IMG/VR virus record: IMGVR_UViG_3300032167_000278
Source: a virus
Direction: 5' to 3' (one strand)
DNA length: 43,015 nt
Shown here: piece after piece, positions 1 to 9,313 of the stretch
Position numbering within the stretch: the first letter of the stretch is position 1
How the letters are laid out: every line of letters starts with the position of its first letter
The notes under the pieces: model-generated
Told to the model about the DNA's origin: nothing
Databases searched by the model: none
The model's input: only the letters and a program-made list of their open reading frames with translations
Made by a program: the position numbers and the translations under genes

Positions 1-127
1 CGCCGCTATGGAAGAATTTGTAGCACAAATGATTGAAAAAATCGGGGCGTTTTTCGCCGGAATCTGGGATAGCATAACTTCTTTTTTTGGTAGCTTATGG
101 AAAAGTTTAAGATCGTTCTTTGCAATG
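1..127. repeat. Terminal overlap copy 1 (identical to 42889-43015); circular assembly closure
   Basis: Both copies read cgccgctatggaagaatttg...gatcgttctttgcaatg. The junction falls inside one continuous reading frame. Confidence 0.9.
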
Positions 128-613
128 ATAGGCGCGACTGTGGCGGGCTGGGTTGAATCTCTTAAAGCAAAGCTGCAACTTCTTTTTGATTTTATAGGCT
201 GGCTTTTCGGTGGGATAGCGAATCTTTGGCAGGGGCTTGTTTCCGTATTCCAGTCGGAAGGGCTTATAGGAGTTTTTAAAAGAATCGGTTCTGCAATTCT
301 TGGTTTTGTTCTTACACCGATTGAAGCGGTTTTAAGGGCGTTAGACTGGGTTCCTGGCATTGGTGACACAATGGGAAGCTGGGCGGATAAAATCTCAGAG
401 ATGAAAAGCGGATTTGACGCAAACGCAAGTTTTACGGAAAATCAAAACTTGCAGATTCCGCCAACAAAGACAGCGGCTGTTGCAAGTTCTTATTCACGGC
501 AAGAAAGCTATTCAAACGTGAACATCAATCTTGCGGAACAACTGAAATCTGATAATTACGGCATGGTAGCCCCCGGCGTTACAGTCGCAAGGACAGCAAG
601 CGGTTCGTTCTAA
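2..613 (+). CDS. Tail tape measure protein, C-terminal part (continuation of 41312-43015 across the circular junction)
   Basis: Frame of 8..613 is in phase with the open frame running off the window end (41312 and 42896 are both 2 mod 3). Repetitive hydrophobic/Gly-rich sequence. Confidence 0.8.
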   Translation, partial: AAMEEFVAQMIEKIGAFFAGIWDSITSFFGSLWKSLRSFFAMIGATVAGWVESLKAKLQLLFDFIGWLFGGIANLWQGLVSVFQSEGLIGVFKRIGSAILGFVLTPIEAVLRALDWVPGIGDTMGSWADKISEMKSGFDANASFTENQNLQIPPTKTAAVASSYSRQESYSNVNINLAEQLKSDNYGMVAPGVTVARTASGSF

Positions 614-614
614 A

Positions 615-630
615 TCGGTATAGCGAGTTT
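615..630 (+). promoter_or_regulatory. Late-promoter-like motif copy 1 (TCGGTATAGCGAGTTT)
   Basis: Conserved 16-mer 25 nt upstream of the ATG at 656. Same motif at 21052, 27653, 29712, 34453 and on the minus strand at 11036-11019. Confidence 0.55.
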
Positions 631-655
631 ACGCAAGCGCAAATATCATAAAAGC

Positions 656-2008
656 ATGGCTTGGAATGATGAAATACAAGAAGCAGCGTATAACTCACCT
701 AGCGGAAAGCGGCAGACATTCATTTATGAGAATGTCAGCCGCGAAACCGATTTAAAAACAGCCTCTTTTGTATTCCCGGAACTTGACGGGGCTTTAATCC
801 AGTCTTTAGGGCTTGGTGGCAGAACTTTTCCATTAAAATGTATTTTTTCGGGCGCAAGCTGCAACAAAGAAGCAGACAGTTTTGAAAAACTTTTAAGCGA
901 ACGCGGACACGGAATTCTTGAACATCCTGTTTATGGCAAAATAAATGTTGTTCCGACTGGGAAAATCAAGCGCACGGACAATATTTTAGACGGTGCGAAC
1001 GAAAGCAGCGTTGAAGTTACTTTTTCTGAAACTCTTGTTGATAAAGAAGAATCTACAAGTGAAGTTGCAACGGTGGACAAGTTGGATGTGGCAATGGACG
1101 AATACGAAAATTCTGCCGCCGCTAATTTCTCAAACAATATTTACACCGATTCTATTGAAGACAAGATGCAGCTTCAAGCCGCCATGAAGTCTAATGCAAA
1201 TTCAACTTTCAAGGGCGTAGAAAAGATGATTAAAGCTGCGCCAAAAAACAAGAAAAGGGCAAATCTTTTTCAATGGTATGATTCTGCAAAAAGGTTTATT
1301 AACAGCATAATCGACAATGTAGACAAAATCGGAACTTTTGCAAATGAAGTGGCAACAACTACGATTAAGATGATTAGGCTGCCTTCACAAATCACATCAG
1401 ACGCATTTTCAAAACTTGCTGGCTATCAGCTTATGATTAGAGACATTGCAAACAATGTAAAAGCCGACCCGTTCGGAACTAAGGCAGTTACAAATCAGTG
1501 GGCCGCCGCTACGCTTGCATGGGGAAGCATGATAGCGGCTTTAAGCTACGGAGTTGCAAAGGCAGCTGCGGAACAGAGCACAAATCAAGGGGCAAGCAAT
1601 CCAACAGAGGATGATTCAGATTATTCAGACGGCAGCACAGGCGGCAGTTTTGCAAGCCGTTCGGACGTTCTGGAGACCGCGACACAGATTGCGGCAAGTT
1701 TTGCAGAGTACAGCGCGTATATTGATTCACAGAACAAGAAAAATGCTTTTGTTGATACTGGCGAAACTTACGAAAAACTTTTGAACGTTGTTACCTATTC
1801 CTTGCGGACACTTGAAGAAACTTCTTTTAATTTGCCTGTAACGCGAATAATAACGCTTGACCGTGACAGACAGCTTTTTGAGCTTTTAACAGAATTGTAC
1901 GGAAAAGACGGATTCAACAGGCAAGATCAGTTTATAAACGACAATAAACTTACGGCAGATGAAATTGTGCTAATCCCTATGGGTAGAGAGGTGCGTTATT
2001 ATGCCTAA
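656..2008 (+). CDS. Mu gpN-like 'DNA circulation' baseplate/tail protein
   Basis: The 450-aa N-terminus (W..E...A.Y.SPSGKRQTF.YE...RE..LKTASFVFPELDGALIQSLG) resembles the DNA_circ_N pattern. Lies directly after the tape measure. Confidence 0.6.
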   Translation: MAWNDEIQEAAYNSPSGKRQTFIYENVSRETDLKTASFVFPELDGALIQSLGLGGRTFPLKCIFSGASCNKEADSFEKLLSERGHGILEHPVYGKINVVPTGKIKRTDNILDGANESSVEVTFSETLVDKEESTSEVATVDKLDVAMDEYENSAAANFSNNIYTDSIEDKMQLQAAMKSNANSTFKGVEKMIKAAPKNKKRANLFQWYDSAKRFINSIIDNVDKIGTFANEVATTTIKMIRLPSQITSDAFSKLAGYQLMIRDIANNVKADPFGTKAVTNQWAAATLAWGSMIAALSYGVAKAAAEQSTNQGASNPTEDDSDYSDGSTGGSFASRSDVLETATQIAASFAEYSAYIDSQNKKNAFVDTGETYEKLLNVVTYSLRTLEETSFNLPVTRIITLDRDRQLFELLTELYGKDGFNRQDQFINDNKLTADEIVLIPMGREVRYYA

Positions 2009-3290
2009 AGTTCATACCGTTGCAAGTGGTGATTTGCTGTGGAAAATCAGCGTTAAATATTATGGGATTCCTGGAAAGTGGACGGACATTGTAAACGCAA
2101 ATCCACAGCTTAAAGGTAGAAAAACAGCTTCAGACGGTTCGCCAATCATCCGCATTGGCGATAATCTCATTATTCCCGACACACTGGAGCCAAAAGAGAA
2201 TAAAGCCCCTATACAAGCAAAACAGACTATTGTTTTGGACGAAAAGGCAAAAAAAGACCTTGCCATTTTTTGCGATGGGAAAAAGTTCACTGGTTTTACA
2301 GGGTACACGGTTGTTTGTTCGGTTGATACTTTTGACGCTTTTTCTTTTTCTTCTACCTGGGATTCTACAAATAAGGATTTGCGGGAATTATTCAGACCAT
2401 TTACTTACAAGGAATGTGAAGTTTATTTTGACGGCGATTTAATATTTAAGGGGCGGCTTTTGCCAGCGGTTCCGAATGTTTCGCCGGATTCAAAAACTAT
2501 AACCGTGCAGGGCTGTCCGCTTTGCGGTGTTCTTAATGATTCAACATTGCCAGATTCTCTTTACCCGCCGGAATACAATGATTTGGATTTAAAGCAGATA
2601 GCAGAAAATATTGCTGGCGCATTCAGCGTAAATGTACAAGCTAAAGTTGATGTAGGAGACAGTTTCAAAAGCGTGGAAATCGCGCCGGAAGACAAGATTT
2701 TAAGTTTTCTTACAAAACTTGCTGAACAGCGCGGCGTTTTTCTTTCCAATGCGCAGGATGGTTCTTTACTTATCTGGAAGCCGGAACAGGAAGAAGTAAG
2801 CGCAACTTTCAAGGAAGGCGAACAGCCTTTTATTTCCTGCGTTCCGACTTTGGACGGTCAGAAAATGTACAGCCATGTAACAGGTTTTACTAAGGTTGAT
2901 GCAGACAATGATTCTGAAAAATATACATTTGAAAACGATTATTTGATTAAACACGGCGTTTTGCGTTGTTATTCAAAAGTTATGCAGGATGTTGAATCTG
3001 GCGGACTTGAAAATGCAGTTAAGGCAATGGCCGGGCGTATGTTTGCCAGTGCGGTTAAATACACGCTTACTGTTGCAGGTTGTAGGGATAAAAACGGCAA
3101 ACTGTACCGTAAAAATATGATGGTCAGCGTGCTTGCGCCGGACGCAGAAATTTATAAAGAAACAAAGCTGCAAGTTGATGAAGTGCAGCTGAAACGGAGC
3201 GAAAGCGAAGGCGAACAAACCGTTTTTTCTTTAGTTATTCCTGGAAGCAGAACGGGCGAATTAAACGGGGGTTTTGCATGGGAAGAATAG
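2001..3290 (+). CDS. Baseplate hub protein (Mu gpP / P2 gpD-like) with N-terminal LysM domain
   Basis: N-terminus HTVASGDLLWKISVKYYGIPGKWTDIVNANPQL...IGDNLIIP is LysM-like. 429 aa, position after the gpN-like gene, overlaps the neighbouring gene. Confidence 0.6.
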   Translation: MPKVHTVASGDLLWKISVKYYGIPGKWTDIVNANPQLKGRKTASDGSPIIRIGDNLIIPDTLEPKENKAPIQAKQTIVLDEKAKKDLAIFCDGKKFTGFTGYTVVCSVDTFDAFSFSSTWDSTNKDLRELFRPFTYKECEVYFDGDLIFKGRLLPAVPNVSPDSKTITVQGCPLCGVLNDSTLPDSLYPPEYNDLDLKQIAENIAGAFSVNVQAKVDVGDSFKSVEIAPEDKILSFLTKLAEQRGVFLSNAQDGSLLIWKPEQEEVSATFKEGEQPFISCVPTLDGQKMYSHVTGFTKVDADNDSEKYTFENDYLIKHGVLRCYSKVMQDVESGGLENAVKAMAGRMFASAVKYTLTVAGCRDKNGKLYRKNMMVSVLAPDAEIYKETKLQVDEVQLKRSESEGEQTVFSLVIPGSRTGELNGGFAWEE

Positions 3291-3820
3291 GAAAACACCT
3301 TAAAGCTGAAATTGACAAATACATTGAACAGGTGATTGAAACACGCTTGAACTACAAACAGACCGCTTTAACCTTCGCCCCTAGCGGTGATGATTCGCCG
3401 CCGATTAAAGACGACAGAATTATTCTTGTAAGCATAGACGGAAACGGAAAGTTTGCCGCCGTTGGCGTTTTGACAGCTTCACAGGGAGCAAAGCCGGGTG
3501 AAAAGATTTTATATTCAAGAAATGAAGACGGCGAAGTGCAGGCGGTTTTATCGCTTTTGAACGACGGCAAAGTGAAACTTGAAACGCCGGAAGAAATAAG
3601 CGTTGCAACTGAAAAGGATTTGAAAACTGAAAGCAAGGCAAACATTGAGGTTTCAGCGTCGCAAAAAATGACACTGAAAGCGCAGCAAATGGAGCTTACA
3701 GGCGGAACGCTTAAATGCAAGGGAACTGCAACACCTAGCGGGCAAGGCCCGTTCTGTGCAATTCCTGTTTGCCCGTTTACTGGTGCGCCGCAATGTGGCA
3801 CGGACGTAAGCGGAACATAA
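3278..3820 (+). CDS. Baseplate spike / assembly protein V-like (Mu gp45-like)
   Basis: 180 aa, synteny hub-spike-gp46-gpJ, overlapping start. Cys-rich C-terminal tip (CAIPVCPFTGAPQC). Confidence 0.5.
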   Translation: MGRIGKHLKAEIDKYIEQVIETRLNYKQTALTFAPSGDDSPPIKDDRIILVSIDGNGKFAAVGVLTASQGAKPGEKILYSRNEDGEVQAVLSLLNDGKVKLETPEEISVATEKDLKTESKANIEVSASQKMTLKAQQMELTGGTLKCKGTATPSGQGPFCAIPVCPFTGAPQCGTDVSGT

Positions 3821-3829
3821 GGGGATTTT

Positions 3830-4063
3830 ATGGCATTAGACGGAAATAAAACAGGAAGCGCGGTTTACAACTTGATAAAGACAACGCAAGTTTCTGATGA
3901 AGCAAGCTGTGAAAAACTGTGGCAGAAAATTGTAACAAAGATTTTTGACGACATAAAAAGCGATGCGGAAATAACAATTCCTAGCGGACAAGTTGTTATT
4001 GCTGTTGTAGGACAAGCAACGGGAACAAAAAACCCGTCACCTATTCAAAGCGAGATAGAATAA
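3830..4063 (+). CDS. Hypothetical small baseplate-module protein
   Basis: 77-aa ORF tightly packed between baseplate genes (RBS-like aagggg upstream). Confidence 0.5.
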   Translation: MALDGNKTGSAVYNLIKTTQVSDEASCEKLWQKIVTKIFDDIKSDAEITIPSGQVVIAVVGQATGTKNPSPIQSEIE

Positions 4064-4522
4064 ATGGATTTGAGCAAAACAGAGTTTGCCGGAGATGTAC
4101 TTTTAAGCGGTGCGGACGGCATGGGAAACATTGTTATTGAAGATGGACTTGTTAAAGACTGCCGTAATTTTTCTACGGCTGTTTATTTGTCTTTATTTGG
4201 CGGAAACACAAGAGACAGCGCAGGGCGTGAAAATGAAACCTGGTGGGGCAATCTTATTCCAGGAACAAAGAAAAATGAAAAGTTGGTTTCTTCTTTTTAT
4301 GCGATTGTAAACGGTTTGCCGCTTAATTCAAACAATATAAAAAAAGCGGTTGCAGCTGCAAAAGACGATTTAGGCTGGATGCTTGAAGAAGGAATTGCAG
4401 ACGAAATTGAAACTGCAATTTTTGCAACAAATGCAAAAAAAGTGGAACTTACAGTTCATATAACAAAGAGCGGCGCAGACGTTCTAAAAGATACATACGG
4501 CTTTCAGTGGCAGGGGCAATAG
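4064..4522 (+). CDS. Mu gp46-like baseplate protein
   Basis: 152 aa immediately upstream of the baseplate J-like gene. Abuts both neighbours. Confidence 0.55.
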   Translation: MDLSKTEFAGDVLLSGADGMGNIVIEDGLVKDCRNFSTAVYLSLFGGNTRDSAGRENETWWGNLIPGTKKNEKLVSSFYAIVNGLPLNSNNIKKAVAAAKDDLGWMLEEGIADEIETAIFATNAKKVELTVHITKSGADVLKDTYGFQWQGQ

Positions 4523-5746
4523 ATGGCTTACGAGAATAAAACGGTTGATTATGTTTACAATTTAATACTTACTTCCTTGCAGGGAAAGTTTAATAACAGA
4601 CTTAGACCTTTGCCAAAAGCATTTATTATTGTGCTTGCAAAAGTTTTGTCTGCTATTTATATAATTCCGTTCAAATTGTGCGGATGGTTTTTGCTTCAGA
4701 TTTTCCCGGACACTGCAAGCTATAGCAAAGTGAATGTTTTAGGGCATACAATACGCCCCCTGGTTAAACTCGGCGACCAGTTCGGAGTTCAACGCCCGAT
4801 GGAAGGCAAGGCTTGGCAGGGCGTTATAATTGTTAAAAGGCTTGCTGAAAACAAGGTTATTGCGCTTGGAACTCAATTAAAAAGCGATATAACAGGCTTT
4901 ATTTATTGCGTTTCTGAAAGTGTGGAACTTGACGAAGACGAGAAGCGGGTTGAAGTTTATTGCACTGAAAGCGGAATTGACGGAAATCTTGCAGACGGTG
5001 ACATTCTTACTTTTGTAAATCCGATTGATTACGCAGAAAAAAATACTGAAGTTGCAGAAACAACAATAACAGGCACAGACGATGAAACTGAAGAAAGCTA
5101 CAGGCGGCGCGTTGTGAACAGATACAGCACACAACCACAGGGCGGAGCTTTGGCAGATTACAGAATCTGGGCTTACGATGTTGCGGGCGTTTTACAGACA
5201 TATCCGTATAATGACGAAAACTCACCGGGCGGCGTAATTATTTATGTTGCCGGAACTACAGATTTATACCCTACGCGCGTGCCAGATTCTGCGCTTTTAG
5301 TTGCGGTTGGCAAAGCGTGTACTTATGACCCGGACACTGGAGCTGCTAACAGAAAGCCATTGACTGCTATTCTGGATCCGCAAGGAAATGAAACCTACCC
5401 GAACGTTAAAGCCGTTCGTATCACGAATTTTAATGTATATGTAACAGGGCTTACAGGCGTTACAGCTCAAGATTTTGGCGAATCGCTTAAATCGGAGCTG
5501 GAGACTTATTTTAACAACAGAGAGCCTTATATCAGAGGTTTAAGCAACGATAATAACCGCACAGATTCTATTCTGCGCAATTCCCTTATTGCAACGGTAA
5601 ACAACATTGCTTTGAGCATGAAAGCAACTTTTGACACTGTAACAATGAATACAACTGGCCCTGTAATAGCCGAATACACGCTTGGAAAAGGCGAACTTGC
5701 AGCATTAGGCGACCTTTATATTAACGGGGTGATTTATGAGGGCTAG
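4523..5746 (+). CDS. Baseplate J-like wedge protein (Mu gp47 / P2 gpJ family)
   Basis: 407 aa, conserved order gp46-gpJ-gp48. Size and sequence character are typical of Baseplate_J. Confidence 0.6.
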   Translation: MAYENKTVDYVYNLILTSLQGKFNNRLRPLPKAFIIVLAKVLSAIYIIPFKLCGWFLLQIFPDTASYSKVNVLGHTIRPLVKLGDQFGVQRPMEGKAWQGVIIVKRLAENKVIALGTQLKSDITGFIYCVSESVELDEDEKRVEVYCTESGIDGNLADGDILTFVNPIDYAEKNTEVAETTITGTDDETEESYRRRVVNRYSTQPQGGALADYRIWAYDVAGVLQTYPYNDENSPGGVIIYVAGTTDLYPTRVPDSALLVAVGKACTYDPDTGAANRKPLTAILDPQGNETYPNVKAVRITNFNVYVTGLTGVTAQDFGESLKSELETYFNNREPYIRGLSNDNNRTDSILRNSLIATVNNIALSMKATFDTVTMNTTGPVIAEYTLGKGELAALGDLYINGVIYEG

Positions 5747-6452
5747 TTTTTTAGACGCAATAAAACACCTTCTTCCTAGTGGCCCTGCATGGAATATCAC
5801 AAATAAAACCGATTTGCGGCGATTGTTTGAAGCTATTGCGGTATTGCCGGAAGAACTGCGTACAGAGATTGAAAATGTTTACATGGACTATTTCGCTGAT
5901 TCCACACGCGAGCTGAAGAAGTGGGAAGACGTTTTCACTGTAATTTTTACGAAAGCGGAATTAGAGCAGCGCAGGAAAGTTTTGTCTTTACTTTGGAGTA
6001 TGAACCAGGGCGGACAAAGCAAAGATTTTTTACAATCGGTTTTACAAGGAATTTTCCCGGAAATCATTGTAGAAGAAAATATCCCGTGCGCAAATCCTAG
6101 ACAGGCAAATATTGCTTATTTTTGCGTTTGCGACAATTCGGTTATGGTTTGCGGAAATTCAAAAGCCTGTTGTGATTACCGCGAAGGCGATGAAACTTTT
6201 ATTCCTACAATTTTGCGCAACGATACCGCAAGCCCGTATTCAATCCCGAATGACGCGGATTACTGGGCATTCTGTTTTTATGTATGCAAAAGAGTTGTAA
6301 GAAATTCGCGTAATGAAATTCTTTATATCGAAAAATTACAGATTCCAATTCTTTATAAAAACTACATTGAATATCTGATTCTGCGCATTAAGCCTGTGCA
6401 TACTGTTGCGGTAATGGCTGTGGAATGGATAGAGGAGCAAAACAATGATTAA
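5736..6452 (+). CDS. Mu gp48-like tail protein (DUF2313-type)
   Basis: 238 aa, overlaps the gpJ-like gene by 11 nt. N-terminus LLPSGPAWN... is typical of the P2 gpI / Mu gp48 family. Confidence 0.55.
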   Translation: MRASFLDAIKHLLPSGPAWNITNKTDLRRLFEAIAVLPEELRTEIENVYMDYFADSTRELKKWEDVFTVIFTKAELEQRRKVLSLLWSMNQGGQSKDFLQSVLQGIFPEIIVEENIPCANPRQANIAYFCVCDNSVMVCGNSKACCDYREGDETFIPTILRNDTASPYSIPNDADYWAFCFYVCKRVVRNSRNEILYIEKLQIPILYKNYIEYLILRIKPVHTVAVMAVEWIEEQNND

Positions 6453-7026
6453 GATTGACGGCAATTACACAGACTTTAGGGATGACACCGACGAAAAATA
6501 TCCTTATGGAAAAGCCGTTGCTGCAAGTACGCCAAACAGTACAGACGGTACACCGTGGCGTGTTATGTTTTTTAATGATTTGCACGGAGCAAGGCAGGCA
6601 ATTTTCAAAAAAGCATTTAACGGAACAGAGCGCACACCTTCCAATCAGCCGGATAATATCGAAAATTCGGACTTGTTGGACGCTCTTTTAAAAATTATTA
6701 GCGATGCTTTTTCTTCCAGGCTTTTTAGCGTGGAAATATCCGGCACAGACGCGCTTATTCCGTGGAACGACTTAAACATTGAATATGATGCGGAAAAAAC
6801 TTATGCCGCGATTGTTACGCCAGCCGGAAATTATGAAGAGTTTTTACCGTTTGGAACTGAATGCAAATCAGACGGTTTGCATATTTACCCCCGCCGTTTG
6901 ATTAACGGAAAAATCGTTTCTGGAACCCGGCATAAAAAATGGGGAACAAGAAAATGGGGCGTTGGAAAATGGAATGACTATGATTCAATGAAAGTAAATT
7001 TGCAGTTTGCAGAAGTTGAATCATAA
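6445..7026 (+). CDS. Putative tail fibre component
   Basis: 193-aa ORF overlapping the gp48-like gene, between baseplate genes and the DGR target. Confidence 0.45.
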   Translation: MIKIDGNYTDFRDDTDEKYPYGKAVAASTPNSTDGTPWRVMFFNDLHGARQAIFKKAFNGTERTPSNQPDNIENSDLLDALLKIISDAFSSRLFSVEISGTDALIPWNDLNIEYDAEKTYAAIVTPAGNYEEFLPFGTECKSDGLHIYPRRLINGKIVSGTRHKKWGTRKWGVGKWNDYDSMKVNLQFAEVES

Positions 7027-7068
7027 AAAAAACAATAAATTGCGGCTTACCGCAAAAGGAGTTTAAGC

Positions 7069-7347
7069 ATGGTAGGAATACCGAAGTATTGCCAGACAAA
7101 GAAAGACTGGCAAAATGCTGTTGATTATGCGGTTAAGCATAATACGGGCAAAACAGAATTGTACAGTCGTTTGCAGCATTTGCGTGACGATCACTACATG
7201 AATGTTTTGAAAGAAGAAAGCAAAGAAAAGCCTGTTGAAGAGCAGACCCCGGAAGACTACAAATCCGTAGACAATCCGGCTGCTGAAAAATACAGGATTG
7301 GAATTACAGACGAAGAAATTGAAAACATGATGGAGGCCCTTAAATGA
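7069..7347 (+). CDS. Hypothetical protein (ATGA-coupled to the DGR target gene)
   Basis: 92-aa ORF with aaggag RBS. Its stop overlaps the start of 7344. Confidence 0.5.
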   Translation: MVGIPKYCQTKKDWQNAVDYAVKHNTGKTELYSRLQHLRDDHYMNVLKEESKEKPVEEQTPEDYKSVDNPAAEKYRIGITDEEIENMMEALK

Positions 7348-8543
7348 GTTTAACTTTATACAAAGACCTTGTTGACGATTGTTCAGTTGCTTGCATTCCA
7401 GAAAGCGGAAATGTTAAATCTGTAAAAGCCGCTTTTTTGGAAAAGCAGAATCCTTTTGAATATGATGCAGACATTTTGAAGTTTGCTGAAGGTGTAGGAA
7501 TTCCAATCTGGAACGGTGAAACATGGGTTCAGACAATTAACCGTGAAGAATTCACTTTTGACCCTGCAAGTTTGCTTGATACAGGCAATGAGCTTGAATT
7601 TGGCATTGATTACTGGGTTTATATTTGTTTGGACGGTGGAAGCCCGGAAATTGTCGTTTCTAAAAACGAAAGTTTCCCGGACGGTTCAACAGCTGCAACT
7701 TCCCGTAAGATCGGACATTTTTATTATGGAGCTATTCGCAAAGTCTCAAATGATGGTTTGTGGATTCCGATTGATTCAGCCGGAAACAAGTTTGGATCAA
7801 GCGGCACAAAATGGCAGGACAATGTAACAGTCGGCATTGTTCCTAATTCAATTTGGGATTTAAAGCATAAGCCTAAAATTTCACATCCTGGACTTGTCGA
7901 AGTGAACGGCATTTGGATGGGTGCATTCCAGGCAAGCGCAGAAGAAGCCTTTTCCTTTATGGGCGGCACAAACGGCTTGCACATAAAGAGCGGAAAACTT
8001 GCCACAAAATACGGCGCAATTCCTGTTACTGGAAGCGAAGGAATGAATCAGTTTACATTCAACGAAATCGCGCATAAACAGGGCTTGCGTTTGCCGCGTT
8101 ATGCAGAATGGCTTGCTGGAGCTTTTGGCAGCCCGCAGGGTGAAGACGGTTCAAATAATTATGGTTGGACTAAAACAACCAACACAGGCAGAACTTATAC
8201 AGGCGTAGGCGTAAACACATCAACAGGCAAGCGTGATACCGCAAATGGCGTTAAACCTTATGCAATAAGTGCTTACAATTTGCATGATTGCGCCGGAAAC
8301 GTTGCAGAATGGACTTCTGATTATTCAATCAGACAGGATTCTACATCTTGGGCTTGGCAGGATGTTTTAGGTTCTGGCATGGGCCAGGCATATTTGCCGT
8401 TTGCGCGCGGTTTGTCTGCGCTGATTTGCGGTGACTGCTGGAACAACGGCGTTCGCTGTGGCCCTCGCACTGTGAGCGCGTACTACTGCCCGTGGTACGT
8501 CAACACGGACTTCGGGGCGCGGCTTGCCTGTGACGCGGCGTAG
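7344..8543 (+). CDS. DGR variable (target) protein; receptor-binding tail-fibre candidate with C-terminal FGE-sulfatase / C-type-lectin-like fold
   Basis: Motifs LPRYAEWLAGAFG and CAGNVAEWTSD resemble the FGE/CLec fold. The last ~50 codons are the VR. It is the last gene of the tail module. Confidence 0.85.
   Translation: MSLTLYKDLVDDCSVACIPESGNVKSVKAAFLEKQNPFEYDADILKFAEGVGIPIWNGETWVQTINREEFTFDPASLLDTGNELEFGIDYWVYICLDGGSPEIVVSKNESFPDGSTAATSRKIGHFYYGAIRKVSNDGLWIPIDSAGNKFGSSGTKWQDNVTVGIVPNSIWDLKHKPKISHPGLVEVNGIWMGAFQASAEEAFSFMGGTNGLHIKSGKLATKYGAIPVTGSEGMNQFTFNEIAHKQGLRLPRYAEWLAGAFGSPQGEDGSNNYGWTKTTNTGRTYTGVGVNTSTGKRDTANGVKPYAISAYNLHDCAGNVAEWTSDYSIRQDSTSWAWQDVLGSGMGQAYLPFARGLSALICGDCWNNGVRCGPRTVSAYYCPWYVNTDFGARLACDAA
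8387..8537 (+). repeat. DGR variable repeat (VR)
   Basis: Aligns base for base with 8999-9149 (offset 612). All differences are at TR adenines. Confidence 0.9.
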
Positions 8544-8549
8544 CCGCGT
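8533..8549 (+). promoter_or_regulatory. GC-rich hairpin at the VR 3' boundary (candidate DGR homing cis-element)
   Basis: acgcggc-gta-gccgcgt gives a 7-bp stem and 3-nt loop. It overlaps the target stop codon (8541-8543) and starts where VR/TR homology ends. Confidence 0.6.
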
Positions 8550-8596
8550 TCTGTTTCCTGTTTATCTGAATATCTGGTTTTCTTTGTGAGGTATAA

Positions 8597-8965
8597 ATGG
8601 ATTTTTCGCAAGAGAAACACCCTGCCGGGAGTGTGTGGAATCTGTTGCTTTTTCAGAAATTCTACGATTTTGATGTGTACTTTGAGCCGATAATAGAACG
8701 TTTTCCAGCGTTTGAAAAATCGGCTTGGTGCGCTCAAATTAAAAACACTTTGATAGACACGATAAAACTGATTTTGATAACAAACAAAGCCCGTGACAAA
8801 ATGCCGGGTTGGTATAAAGTAGACACCAATTTGGAGCTGCTTAAAATCTATATCCGGCGTATGCGTCAAAAGAAATATCTCTCAACCCGAACTTATGAAA
8901 CGGCAGTAAAGCGTCTTGCAGAGATAGGTAAGATTCTAGGCGGTCTTATCAATCGTAAAAACTAA
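8597..8965 (+). CDS. avd: DGR accessory variability determinant (Avd-like four-helix-bundle protein)
   Basis: 122 aa, basic and helical, positioned between VR and TR exactly as in the BPP-1-type cassette. RBS gtgagg. Confidence 0.75.
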   Translation: MDFSQEKHPAGSVWNLLLFQKFYDFDVYFEPIIERFPAFEKSAWCAQIKNTLIDTIKLILITNKARDKMPGWYKVDTNLELLKIYIRRMRQKKYLSTRTYETAVKRLAEIGKILGGLINRKN

Positions 8966-8998
8966 CATTTTTTACGAAAAGGCAGCTGAAACAAAATT

Positions 8999-9149
8999 GG
9001 CATATTTGCCGTTTGCAAACGGTTTGTCTGCGCTGATTTGCGGTAACAACTGGAACAACGGCGTTCACTGTGGCCCTCGCACTGTGAACGCGAACAACTA
9101 CCCGTGGAACGTCAACACGAACATCGGGGCGCGGCTTGCCTGTGACGAA
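8999..9149 (+). repeat. DGR template repeat (TR)
   Basis: Non-coding copy of VR. Contains 11 in-frame AAC codons. The apparent ORF 8997-9200 starts with TTG and only mirrors the VR frame. Confidence 0.9.
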
Positions 9150-9265
9150 TGTAAATTGTTAAGAAAAAGGCATACGCTGTTAATCACGGTTACGGCGTAG
9201 TGACGATTTATTTTTAACGTCAGTTCGGCTGCCTTTGCACGGCATTTGTTGTGCTAAAGTCTTAG

Positions 9266-9302
9266 ACCAGAAAGGCTACGCGCTTTTCTGGTTATTTTTT
9301 TT
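9266..9302 (+). terminator. Stem-loop plus T-run in the TR-RT spacer
   Basis: accagaaa/tttctggt gives an 8-bp stem (9266-9273 / 9285-9292). It is followed by tatttttttt, 11 nt before the RT start. Confidence 0.5.
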
Positions 9303-9313
9303 AGTAGGTAAAT

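Noticed and set aside
1-127. Direct terminal repeat as a packaging-related DTR
   Set aside because: The repeat interrupts a single coding frame at an arbitrary position. That is what an assembler overlap of a circular or circularly permuted molecule looks like.
615-630. The GGTATAGCGAGTT motif as a sigma-54 (-24 GG / -12 GC) or Bacteroidetes TAnnTTTG promoter
   Set aside because: The GG-to-GC spacing is 4 nt, not 10. The TA...TTTG spacing is 5 nt rather than 2, so neither consensus fits.
7040-7055. Hairpin ttgcgg-ctta-ccgcaa after the 6445-7026 gene as a terminator
   Set aside because: The 6-bp stem has no following T-run and sits immediately upstream of the next gene's RBS. At most it is an RNA-stability element.
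8997-9200. 67-aa ORF (MAYLPFANGLSALICGNNWNNG...) in the ORF track
   Set aside because: It begins with TTG and has no RBS. It is simply the template repeat read in the VR frame, so its similarity to the C-terminus of the 7344-8543 protein comes from the DGR repeat and does not indicate a paralogous gene.
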